This document shows, one piece after another, positions 1 through 8,875 of a stretch of 64,000 nt of DNA. Within the stretch, counting starts at the first letter, position 1. The number at the start of each line of letters is the position of its first letter. The stretch is from the NCBI GenBank assembly GCA_965216355.1, contig CBDCFR010000013.1, forward strand, positions 588,883 to 652,882. Direction: 5' to 3'. Under the pieces are notes generated by a model that was not told the origin of the DNA, ran no database searches, and saw only the letters and a program-made list of their open reading frames with translations. A program made the translations under genes and the position numbers. Origin of the DNA: Acidimicrobiales bacterium (GTDB taxonomy: Bacteria > Actinomycetota > Acidimicrobiia > Acidimicrobiales > SZUA-35).

Positions 1-674
1 TCGCATTGAAGAATTTCTTTCGGTCGCCAGTTGAGCGTTAGGAGACGATGATTCGATGAACCCGTTGTTCCATGGCTCGCCGGGAGGGATGAAGTAGATC
101 CCGATCCGGTCCTCACAGAACTCTGACACCGCTGCCGAAACAAGTCCGGGTCCGTTGTCACAGCGAAGCACCTTCGGCCCAACGCCTCGTTGTTCGATCA
201 CCCGGCTGATCTCGACGATCAGGCGGTCATCTGTGATCGACTAGTTGTAGTCCACGATGTTGAGTAGCGACTCGCGGGTGTACTCATCGATTATCGATGC
301 GATCTTGAACCGCCAGCCATCAACGGTTGCGTCATCTGGTGCCGTGGCCGTCGTGACTGGCGGGGAGGTCGAGGAACCGATGCGTTTGCGACGCCGCCGG
401 GTTGAAACCTGCAGTTTCTCTCGCACCGCCACAGCCGCTGACCCCGCTTCCGGTTGATCTCATGTCCTTCGTGACGAAGATCAGCCCACGCCCGACGGTG
501 GCCCTTACGATGATTCTCCGGGCGGGCCGCCCACATGCACGACCAGTCCCGCAACCACCGATCCGGGTCGAGGCGTTGGTGGCGTGGTGTTCGACGCTGA
601 GTTGAACGTGATTGACCGATCGCCCGGCAAGCGAAACGTTCAGAGCAGCCATGACGTTCCATCGCCATGATCAC
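1..674 (-). pseudogene. IS3-family transposase orfB (integrase core) with a frameshift and an in-frame stop
   Basis: Three consecutive minus-strand segments together read as one rve-type transposase. Segment 674..~430 contains ERHGCSERFACRAIGQSRSTQRR...HEINRKRGQRLWR. Segment 432..244 is in a different frame and ends ...DGWRFKIASIIDEYTRESLLNIVDYN at a TAG (243..241). The same frame then continues SITDDRLIVEISRVIEQRGVGPKVLRCDNGPGLVSAAVSEFCEDRIGIYFIPPGEPWNNGFIES to the window edge. Confidence 0.75.
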
Positions 675-697
675 CGCCCTTCGTATCGATGCCGGGC

Positions 698-988
698 CTA
701 GAATCTTCCCTCGGCCACATCCCGCAAGACGAGGTTCTCGAGCTCTTTGTCGGCCACCAAGCGTTTCGGCTTGGCGTTCTCCTCCCGAAGCCGGCGCAAC
801 TCCTTAGCGTCATCGACACTCATCACGCCGTACTGTTTGCGCCACGAGTAGTACGTCGGCGTGGAGACGTTCAACGCTCGTGCAATCTCATCAGCATTCT
901 TGCCCTGCGCTGCCAGCTCCTCAGCCTTACGGAGCTTACGGACAATCTGTTCAGGTGTGTGACGTGCACGTCGGGTATTGGCTATCAG
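698..988 (-). pseudogene. IS3-family transposase orfA (HTH_Tnp_1-like), no canonical start codon visible
   Basis: The minus frame is open from just after a TGA (1003..1001) to a TAG at 700..698. Its sequence is typical of IS3 orfA. The only candidate starts are CTG/ATA at 988/985, and the gene is missing from the ORF track because it has no ATG/GTG/TTG start. Confidence 0.65.
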
Positions 989-1236
989 CTTTCCACCCCA
1001 TCAACGGGGCATCAAGCCTCTACTCCACCGCGGCACCAACCACAGGGGTCACTCCACCATTACTACTCGTATCAAGACTGACGAAATGCTCGACGACAAG
1101 ACGCATGGAACACCTTCTTTGTCTGGGGGTTTGTATCAACATTGAGCAGCACCAAGCGGCACGGGGTAACCAACTAGTGTCGCAACTGCAACACTGATAT
1201 CGGATTTTGTGCGACGGTCGATCTTAAAGTGATTTC

Positions 1237-2787
1237 ATGACGGGGATCGATCCAGCGGCACTCGCACTGCCGGCAAAGTACGACGCGACTAGAGGGTTAT
1301 CGCCTGAGGCAATCCTGGAGCTTGATCAAGGTCGGGCCTACTGGATCAGCAAGCGATATGATCGCTTTAGGCTCCTTGAAGACTCAACGATCGAACGGCG
1401 GGTTGAGCTACATGTCGATCTTAGAACCTCCAATTTGAAAATATCACCGTTGGTTTCCTCCGACGCGATTGACCAGCAAACAGTGGCGACCGGGCGCGAA
1501 TCGAACGAGTCGCGTAACAGCCGAGGAACGTTGCTACTGCCATTAATGCGGCTTGACAGGAGATCGTTCGCCGACGTTGAGGTGCATTGTCCCGCAGGTG
1601 AGGTCATCGCTCGACCGAGCAGTGGACTCGAGCGTCTGGTGGTAGCGGAAGCAATTGCAGCTCTGGCCTCCCGTATTCAATCGACACCCGGATTGCACAA
1701 GGAGCTAGTCAAATGCCTCATTCCGATTCTTGAACAATCGCCGAGTGGGGCAAGGATCATTACCAATGCTGGCTCAACCGATGTTCGGATCGCTCGAAAG
1801 GTGGTCAACGTTCTCGCTAGCTACCTTGGCCTCCAGGAACCAGTCGCGCCTGAGAAAATGACAGCCCTGCACAGATGGCTTCGCTCGTCTGGAATCGATC
1901 TTCGCTCGTGTGTCGAAATCGCCAACTTAACTGAAGTGTACGAAGATAAGAAGCTGCTTCTAGCATGTTTCCCTTCGAGCGTTCTATACGAGCCGACTGT
2001 CGTGCACGTCGTCCATAGGGAGCAGCTGCCACGCCGACCTATTCCGTCGAGGATTCGACGGCTGGCGCTTGGAACTACTTCTCTGGGTGCCATAGTCGGC
2101 GTCAAGGGTATCGATGAAGCTGGAACGTACCATGCTATCGCGCAGGCGCCGCCTGGCTTTCGCGTCGTTGATGTTGCTATGGAGGTGCGCGAGGAGTTTG
2201 CGGATAACGAGGTTGTCGTCTCCAGGAGTCACTGGCACTACGACGACGACCCACTCAGCACGCAATCCCATGTCGAGTGCAGCAGAAGTAATGACGCCGA
2301 CTTCAGTGAGGGAACGCTCTTTCTTGCGTTCTTCTCAGACAACACTGGAACCTTCATAGGTGGGTTTGTCGCTGCGATACTTGGACTAATGGTGTTCACG
2401 TTCTTTGGGTTTGTGGTTGGACTTGATCGAGAAGGACTGCAGCAGTTCGGTGATGCATCCAAAGCGGACATTGTTGCAGCAGTTCTTTTCTTGGTGCCGA
2501 GCATCGCAGTTGGTTTTGTGGTGTCATCAGAGGGCGATAAGGCGGTTCGGCAAGCATTTGCGCACACCAATTACTTTCTCTTCCTTCTAGCGATTAGTTG
2601 CGCAGTTGCGAGCCTGCCACTCGTCGTAGATTTTGACTTCGTCGATCCTGCAAAACTCTGGAGTGTCGCGCTGCTTGCAGGTGCAGCTTCATCTACTAGG
2701 ATAATTCTGGCGTCGTTTGTACATATTTGGAGAATCTCAAACAGTAGGATGCAGCTCAGACAGTTGCGCAGATCGCTTAGTCCCTAG
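1237..2787 (+). CDS. hypothetical protein with a C-terminal 4-helix membrane domain (orphan)
   Basis: A 516-aa ORF in a visibly more AT-rich stretch beside the IS remnant. The N-terminal ~370 aa is soluble with no motif I recognise. The C-terminus has four hydrophobic helices (FIGGFVAAILGLMVFTFFGFVVGL; IVAAVLFLVPSIAVGFVV; YFLFLLAISCAVASLPLVV; LWSVALLAGAASSTRIILASF). Confidence 0.6.
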   Translation: MTGIDPAALALPAKYDATRGLSPEAILELDQGRAYWISKRYDRFRLLEDSTIERRVELHVDLRTSNLKISPLVSSDAIDQQTVATGRESNESRNSRGTLLLPLMRLDRRSFADVEVHCPAGEVIARPSSGLERLVVAEAIAALASRIQSTPGLHKELVKCLIPILEQSPSGARIITNAGSTDVRIARKVVNVLASYLGLQEPVAPEKMTALHRWLRSSGIDLRSCVEIANLTEVYEDKKLLLACFPSSVLYEPTVVHVVHREQLPRRPIPSRIRRLALGTTSLGAIVGVKGIDEAGTYHAIAQAPPGFRVVDVAMEVREEFADNEVVVSRSHWHYDDDPLSTQSHVECSRSNDADFSEGTLFLAFFSDNTGTFIGGFVAAILGLMVFTFFGFVVGLDREGLQQFGDASKADIVAAVLFLVPSIAVGFVVSSEGDKAVRQAFAHTNYFLFLLAISCAVASLPLVVDFDFVDPAKLWSVALLAGAASSTRIILASFVHIWRISNSRMQLRQLRRSLSP

Positions 2788-3612
2788 GCACGATTCCTTG
2801 CGGCAACCGGCTACTGATACTATGGTTTAATCACCAGAGAGAAGGCCCAAGTATCCGGTGTTAAAATCGTTCCTAAGAGATCAGCTGGTTCTCGATGAGC
2901 CTTATGACGGTCACTGCTTGCCGTCCCTTCGACAAATCGAGCGGGGTCGAGATGACGTGCGTACTAGTAGGGAGCGATACGCTCGCCTAGAGCGCATCTT
3001 TGGTCTAGATTCGTCGTGTCAATAATTCTGAGTTGACGGTAGTACGGTCGGAGACGATGCGGCTTACAGGACTTGATAGCTACCGCGTATTGATTGATCC
3101 CAATATGTGGACGTCGATGCTGACAGCATCGGCAGCGGATCGCCCTAGCTGTAGTGATCACCGAGGTTGTTGGCGTTGGGCAATCCGACCAAAAAGGCGC
3201 CGATTTGCTCGGGGCACGGCTGTTTAGCAGAACTGGGAGCCATTCTGCGAGCAATTTGTGGCGTAGCCGCCCGAACAGCTCTGGATGAGATCGCAGGTAC
3301 AAAGCCCGCTCGACGCCAGCCCGAACCGCTCCAGCATGCAGGCCGAGCAGGCTTCTTGCTTGATCTGACTTGTTTCCCGTATCGGACAGGTGTCGAGCAC
3401 GGTCTAGGTCAGTCGTGGCGGGCCGCAATGCACTGCGCTGCCCAACCGACGATTGAGTCGCGCTCCTTGTTGCAAACTTCGCTGTTCGAGCGGAATCCCG
3501 CACCAATTGTCACGACCCCTCATGGCTTCTGCTTGCCATAGTCGGGGTGGCGCTTAACCATCTTCCGGTGAGCTGAGCTACCTGCTCCAAGGGGGAGCTT
3601 CAGCATCACGCA

Positions 3613-6369
3613 ATGCATCCATCCGAGAAGAGGAAGACCGTGAGGGAACACCCACCGAACCGCAATTTGGCCAACCATCAGAATCCATCAGAGCATAGGA
3701 GGACGGGTCACCCTAGTACGTCACCCGCTAGCACAGGCCGCAGGGTGAGGCGCCGTTTCGGAGTGCTCGCTTTGGCCGCGGTCGCGCTCATTGCGGCGAC
3801 CATCCAGACGTCGGCGCCAGTCTCCGCAGCGGGCAACCAAACGAACACCGTGTGGTTCACCAACGCTGTGCCCGAGGTCAGTGCTACGGATGCTGCTATT
3901 GCCTACTGCGGTGGCCCCGGGCAGCCGAACTGCGCTGGCTCCTACGCTGCCGAGGTCTCGTGGGGCACCCAAGATCGAAGCGGCTTGCTCTATAACCCGA
4001 GCGCGTCATCGACGAGCGGTAGTCAGTTTCAAGTCGGCACGCTCACACATCGCAATCGGGTCGTCGGCCTGACCGAAGCGATTACCAAGGTGACCTTCAA
4101 CATCAATCTGAACTACACCGACACAACCCGCAACGTGTCGATAAGCACCTCGGGTAGCGCAGGCCTCAAGGTCAACGAGACCTCGAATCTGCTCACGCAA
4201 TGCCCGTTTGCTCACGGATTTGGGCCCAACTGTCCCGATCGGATCGAACTCACGGCGCCCTATCTGAATGCAACCAAGAGCGCCGGCAACGTGCTGTATC
4301 GCCTCGACAACCTGATGTTCCGCGATCCAAGGTCCAACGAGATCAAGCAATACATGACAACGAAGGAAGGCGAGCAAACTGCCACCGCCCTCTACGCCGA
4401 CCTGACGAGGGAGTATCTGGTTGTTGCCGATGCCGGGCCCGATCAGACGGTTGACGAACGAACTGCGGTTCAACTCGACGGCAGCGGCAGCAGAGTCACG
4501 GGGCTCCTCTACAAGTGGACGCAGACGGGAGGGCCTGCGGTCGTTCTCTCTGATGACACAGCGGTCCGCCCAACGTTTGACGCACCCGAGTTGACCGAGT
4601 CAGCCAGCGTCACTTTCCAACTCGAGGTTCGGGACAAGATTGAGCCGAACCATCCCGAGATGCGAAAAACGGACGACGTCACCATCAACATCATTGACAT
4701 CAACGATCCTCCTGTAGTCGACGCCGGTGGGCCGTATACGGTGCCTGAAGGCTCCACGGTCGATCTCGATGAGGCGACCGCCTTCGATCCAGACGGCGAC
4801 GATCTCATCATCCAGTGGACCCCGGAAACGCAGCTCACCAACGCCGATCAAATCCACCCCACGTTCAAGGGCATCGATGACGCCGTCGACACGCTCACCG
4901 TCACGGTGACGGACCCGTTCGGCGAACAAGACTCGGCGCAGACCCAGGTAACCACTACCAACGTCGCGCCCGCCACCGATCTCGGCGCCGACGAGATCAT
5001 CAACGAAAACGACGTGTTCCAACGTTCCGGGCTCACCTATTTCGATCCGGGGCTGTTGGACACCCACAGCGCCACGGTCGACTATGGCGATGGGTCGGGT
5101 GAGCAAGAGCTCACGCTGCAACCGATCGATTCGGAAACGGGTATCGGCAGCTTCGAACTGTCTCACCGCTACATCGACGATGACCCGTCGGGCACACCGT
5201 CGGACACCTACACCATCACCGTGACGATCGAGGATGACGACCTCGGATCTACTACCGAGACGCTCAACGTCACCGTCAACAACCTCGACCCTACCACCGA
5301 GGCCGGCGACGCCGAGACCATCGACGAAGGTCAAACCTTCAGCCGCAACCTAAGCTTCGACGACATCGGAACCGCCGACACCCACACCGTCACCGTCGAC
5401 TATGGAGAAGGCGCCGGGTTTGAAGCAGCGACCGTCGACCAAGCTGGCAAGGCATACGTGCTGAGTCACCTGTACGCCGACGATGACCCCACCGCCACAC
5501 CTCAAGACGACTACACCATCATGGTGCGAGTCGAGGACGACGACGGGGGAGTAGCCGAGGACGAGATCCTTTTGACGGTCCGAGACGTAGCGCCAGATAT
5601 CGAGATCACCGGTCCGGCCCTCGATGGCGACCTGTTCGCCGCCCCGGCAACCATCAACCTCACGGCGCCGTTCACCGATCCCGGTGTTAGGGACACATTC
5701 ACCTGCTCAATCGAGTGGGATGAGGCGCCCGCCACCAATGAACCGACACCGCCGCCCACCGAATTCACGGCGCCCTTCTCGGGGACCGAAGGCAACTGCG
5801 ATGCCACCAACGTCTTCGAGAACGCCGGCGTGTACAGCATCAAGGTCACGGTCACCGACGATGACACGCTGTTCGACGTGGCTGAACGCACCATCGTTGT
5901 CTACGATCCCAGCGCCGGCTTTGTAACCGGTGGTGGCTACTACCAATCACCGCCCGGTGCCTACAGGCCCGACCCCGCTGCGACGGGCAAAGCACACTTC
6001 GCCTTCGTCAGCCAATACCGAAAGGGTAGCCCTGAGGGGCAGACCGAGTTCCAGTTCCAGGCTGGCGACCTCAACTTCCATTCCGAGTCCTATGAATGGC
6101 TGGTGGTAACCGGCAACGCAACCAGAGCCCAATACAAGGGTGAAGGGACGATCAACGGTGAATCGGGCTTCGGGTTCATGCTCACCGCCTATGACGTGGC
6201 AAAGACTGGCGCCGGCAATGACAAGATCCGGATGAAGATCTGGGATACGACAACCGACGAGGTCATCTACGACAACCGCCTGGACCAGCCCGACGACGTC
6301 GATCAGGCCGACCCGCAGATCATCGAGAGCGGGAGCATCTTCATTCACACCAAGGGCGGCAAACAGTGA
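3613..6369 (+). CDS. large secreted protein with tandem PKD/cadherin-like repeats
   Basis: It has a signal-like segment RRRFGVLALAAVALIAATIQTSAPVSAAG. PKD-type modules are present (VADAGPDQTVDERTAVQLDGSGS; NDPPVVDAGGPYTVPEGSTVDLDEATAFDPDGDDL). Repeated units include HSATVDYGDGSG...LSHRYIDDDPSGTPSDTYTITVTIEDDD and HTVTVDYGEGAG...LSHLYADDDPTATPQDDYTIMVRVEDDD. The real start may be the in-frame GTG at 3745. Confidence 0.85.
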   Translation: MHPSEKRKTVREHPPNRNLANHQNPSEHRRTGHPSTSPASTGRRVRRRFGVLALAAVALIAATIQTSAPVSAAGNQTNTVWFTNAVPEVSATDAAIAYCGGPGQPNCAGSYAAEVSWGTQDRSGLLYNPSASSTSGSQFQVGTLTHRNRVVGLTEAITKVTFNINLNYTDTTRNVSISTSGSAGLKVNETSNLLTQCPFAHGFGPNCPDRIELTAPYLNATKSAGNVLYRLDNLMFRDPRSNEIKQYMTTKEGEQTATALYADLTREYLVVADAGPDQTVDERTAVQLDGSGSRVTGLLYKWTQTGGPAVVLSDDTAVRPTFDAPELTESASVTFQLEVRDKIEPNHPEMRKTDDVTINIIDINDPPVVDAGGPYTVPEGSTVDLDEATAFDPDGDDLIIQWTPETQLTNADQIHPTFKGIDDAVDTLTVTVTDPFGEQDSAQTQVTTTNVAPATDLGADEIINENDVFQRSGLTYFDPGLLDTHSATVDYGDGSGEQELTLQPIDSETGIGSFELSHRYIDDDPSGTPSDTYTITVTIEDDDLGSTTETLNVTVNNLDPTTEAGDAETIDEGQTFSRNLSFDDIGTADTHTVTVDYGEGAGFEAATVDQAGKAYVLSHLYADDDPTATPQDDYTIMVRVEDDDGGVAEDEILLTVRDVAPDIEITGPALDGDLFAAPATINLTAPFTDPGVRDTFTCSIEWDEAPATNEPTPPPTEFTAPFSGTEGNCDATNVFENAGVYSIKVTVTDDDTLFDVAERTIVVYDPSAGFVTGGGYYQSPPGAYRPDPAATGKAHFAFVSQYRKGSPEGQTEFQFQAGDLNFHSESYEWLVVTGNATRAQYKGEGTINGESGFGFMLTAYDVAKTGAGNDKIRMKIWDTTTDEVIYDNRLDQPDDVDQADPQIIESGSIFIHTKGGKQ

Positions 6370-7295
6370 AAGACCGCCGCATCACTCGGCTGATGCGGCT
6401 GGTGCTGGCCGTGGTGCTGCTGGCGATCGTCTCGACGACGGTCACCGGCGGCGCTGCGGCTGACGCCGCCAAGTCGCAGAGTATGAAGGTGGTGTCGATC
6501 GGTGACTCGTTCATCGCCGGCAACGGCAACACCAACTACTACGACGGTCAAGGACCCGGCCAGCTTGACATCGGCGGGCCCCGAGTTCCCTCAGAGGGGC
6601 GCAATTGCTACCAGAGCTACTCTTCCTATCCGTGGCAGTACGTTCAGATGCTCAACGACAACGGCATATCGGCTGATATCTGGCACGCCGGCTGCGGGGG
6701 AGCGTGGACGTACGATCTGCTACCTCAGTGGGAGACGGTGCCGGGTGACTGGCGGCGTGGTGCCGACATCGTGTTGATCTCGGCCGGGGGCAATGATGCA
6801 GGTTTCGCCGACATTGTGCAGGCCTGCCTCATGTCGGTTCCGCTGACCCACACCACCTGCGACGGGGCGCTGGATCGGGCCGAGGCCGAGATCCCGGCGA
6901 TCTTGGGTCGAGTAGGTGCGGCGATTCGCCAGATCCGCCGCGACAACCGGTCGGCTCACATCGCCATCGTCGGCTACCCGTGGTTGGCGTCACCGTCCAA
7001 GCAGCGCTGCATCTCACGAGGTGAGGAGACGCTGTCTCAAGTCCAGTGGCAACACGACGCCGGCCTCATCGATTTGGCACTCGTGCTCACCGAGGAGTTT
7101 GGCGACGCTGCCTTTACTCCGGTGATTGTCAGCAGCCGCTTCGCCGGTCAGGGTCCCTGTGCATGGACCGATCCGTTACTGCACGACTACTTGGCGGCCG
7201 AGGGTGAGGCGTTTCATCCGAACTGGTCGGGAGCGCATCGCTACGCGGAGATCATTTTCGACCACGATATTCACCAACGGGCTATGGAGGGCTGA
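6366..7295 (+). CDS. secreted SGNH/GDSL-family hydrolase (lipase/esterase)
   Basis: It has an N-terminal signal (LVLAVVLLAIVSTTVTGGAAADA). The SGNH blocks are block I VVSIGDSFIAGNG, block III LISAGGNDAGF and block V FHPNWSGAH. Its GTG start overlaps the stop of the PKD gene (GTGA at 6366-6369). Confidence 0.85.
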   Translation: MKDRRITRLMRLVLAVVLLAIVSTTVTGGAAADAAKSQSMKVVSIGDSFIAGNGNTNYYDGQGPGQLDIGGPRVPSEGRNCYQSYSSYPWQYVQMLNDNGISADIWHAGCGGAWTYDLLPQWETVPGDWRRGADIVLISAGGNDAGFADIVQACLMSVPLTHTTCDGALDRAEAEIPAILGRVGAAIRQIRRDNRSAHIAIVGYPWLASPSKQRCISRGEETLSQVQWQHDAGLIDLALVLTEEFGDAAFTPVIVSSRFAGQGPCAWTDPLLHDYLAAEGEAFHPNWSGAHRYAEIIFDHDIHQRAMEG

Positions 7296-7308
7296 GCCGG
7301 GAGGGAGG

Positions 7309-8688
7309 CTAGGCACACGCGGCGTCCGGGCCGGGCGCGAAATCACCGATCGCCCAGCCCGGCGCCTCGTAGTCGAGCACTACCGAATCTCCCCCGAGAC
7401 AGTTCCAAACCCCGCCGTCAGGAATCCAATGTCTGACGCCCTCCTCAATCCACCATGCCGTACCGTCACTTGAGCGAATTATGCCGTTATCAAAGTCTCC
7501 GAGTTCACGGATATAGGCATCGATCCGAGCTTGTTCAATGGCCGTCAGCTTTCCCTGCAGGGGTTCCCCCTCCGAGATTGTGCCCCGCTCGTACTCTTGA
7601 TATGGCCCGCCCTCGCTGTAGCGAACCTTCGTCATAGGTATTCCTAGCTCGCCGGTAGGTCCACCAGACTCCTCCCAAACCGAGGCGGCGGCTGCTGGAA
7701 TCCAAAAGGCCGGCCCAGTCGCGCTATGAGCGACTATCAAGTCTCCCTTCGATAGGCGAAGGACCTGATGATCCGCCATCGTTTCGACGCCGACTGGTAG
7801 CCCAGCCTGTGCCTGTAGACGACCATCGATCTCGTTGCGGTAAGCTTCCCCGACTGCAAACTGAACTAGATACGCCTTGTCGAGATCGGATCCGCCGACG
7901 AGGTAGCTACGAGGATGAACCTCGCCCCCAATAAACAACTGGAGCCAAAGTTCTTCCCAGCGTTGCGTGTTCTGGGCAGGACAGCCGAGCGCTGATCGGC
8001 CACCCTGCGCCAGGTATTCGTCAAACATCATTTCGGCGAGGTCGGCTGTCATTTCCAGAGGTACTGAAGCCCCGGCAATCGGTCGGTCGCAGTTCTCAAT
8101 CGGGAATCCGATGTGGGCCTGTTGGGGCGTTGCTCGCGTGCTCAGCAAACCGGCTAAGAGCAGCGCTAGAAGGGCGGTACCGACCAGAGCTCCTAATCCG
8201 AGCCATCCTGTGCGAGATGGGGTTGGTGTCGACGCAGGGCTATCGTTCGTGAGGGCTTCGGCTACACGCAGAAGCAGACGATCGTGGTGGCTGAGACCGT
8301 CCTTCGTCTTCCTGTCTCGAAACGTGTTGTAGCTGCCGATACCCAGCGCCGTGGCGGCATCTGTCGAGCGTGCTTTGTAGGTTCGATTCCAACGCTCATC
8401 CGAAGACCCAAGGAGAAAGGCCGCTGCCTCGGAGTACGGCGAGTCGAGAGACTCGTATGCTCCCTTGGTGAGGGAATGGACTGCGTCTGGACTTGTTCCT
8501 TCGGCCAAGCTGGCGAGAAGCGGGAGTTGTTCGATGTCGAACATGCCGGGCGCCCGTAGCTTGGCAAGAGTCTCAAGCTCTTGGCGTAGTCGATCGGATC
8601 GGGTGAGATCCGGTTGTGTTGTTCTCGATTTCCTAGCGCGTCTACTCCAAAGACGGGATGCTAGGGAATCGACCATATAGGCATCCAT
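7309..8688 (-). CDS. single-pass membrane protein with LGFP-like extracytoplasmic repeats (hypothetical)
   Basis: A 459-aa ORF with a central TM helix (WLGLGALVGTALLALLLAGLL). The C-terminal part has LGFP-repeat-like segments (GRSALGCPAQNTQRWEELWLQLFIGGEV; GGPTGELGIPMTKVRYSEGGPYQEYERGTI). Confidence 0.7.
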   Translation of the reverse strand: MDAYMVDSLASRLWSRRARKSRTTQPDLTRSDRLRQELETLAKLRAPGMFDIEQLPLLASLAEGTSPDAVHSLTKGAYESLDSPYSEAAAFLLGSSDERWNRTYKARSTDAATALGIGSYNTFRDRKTKDGLSHHDRLLLRVAEALTNDSPASTPTPSRTGWLGLGALVGTALLALLLAGLLSTRATPQQAHIGFPIENCDRPIAGASVPLEMTADLAEMMFDEYLAQGGRSALGCPAQNTQRWEELWLQLFIGGEVHPRSYLVGGSDLDKAYLVQFAVGEAYRNEIDGRLQAQAGLPVGVETMADHQVLRLSKGDLIVAHSATGPAFWIPAAAASVWEESGGPTGELGIPMTKVRYSEGGPYQEYERGTISEGEPLQGKLTAIEQARIDAYIRELGDFDNGIIRSSDGTAWWIEEGVRHWIPDGGVWNCLGGDSVVLDYEAPGWAIGDFAPGPDAACA

Positions 8689-8875
8689 GCATCGGCGGAA
8701 GTTGATCTATTTGATGTATCAACATGCATCTCGATAGAGCATATTGTTACTCACTGGATGTGGCCAACTCATATAGTGAATCTTCCTTGGAACTCACTTC
8801 AAGCAACATGGCATCTGCGTAGAGGGCGTGATGGCTCACGAGTCCGTCGTCTGACCCAATCTGGGTGGTGGGGCG

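Larger units (their letters stand above)
1..1080 (-). mobile_element. IS3-family insertion sequence remnant (cut by the left window edge; right boundary approximate)
   Basis: The minus strand encodes an IS3 orfA-type HTH protein (TRRARHTPEQIVRKLRKAEELAAQGKNADEIARALNVSTPTYYSWRKQYG...LRRLREENAKPKRLVADKELENLVLRDVAEGRF). It is followed by an rve/integrase-type orfB (SERFACRAIGQSRSTQRR; RCDNGPGLVSAAV; IPPGEPWNNGFIES). I could not identify terminal inverted repeats by eye, so the ~1080 end is a guess. Confidence 0.8.

Noticed and set aside
241-243. Possibility that in-frame TAG codons (IS3 orfB at 241-243 and DacB-like gene at 62935-62937) reflect amber-codon reassignment
   Set aside because: TAG terminates many well-supported genes in this window at the expected protein ends (e.g. 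2787, 28942, 34225, 38745, 40613, 44524). The IS copy also carries an independent frameshift. Ordinary pseudogenisation or sequencing error is more likely.
2964-3506. 180-aa minus ORF and overlapping 124-aa plus ORF (3167..3541) in the gene-poor stretch
   Set aside because: Both are Arg/Ala/Cys/Leu-rich with no motifs, no convincing SD, and mutual overlap. I could not support either as a gene, so the region is left unannotated apart from the speculative Cys-rich small ORF reported as a finding.
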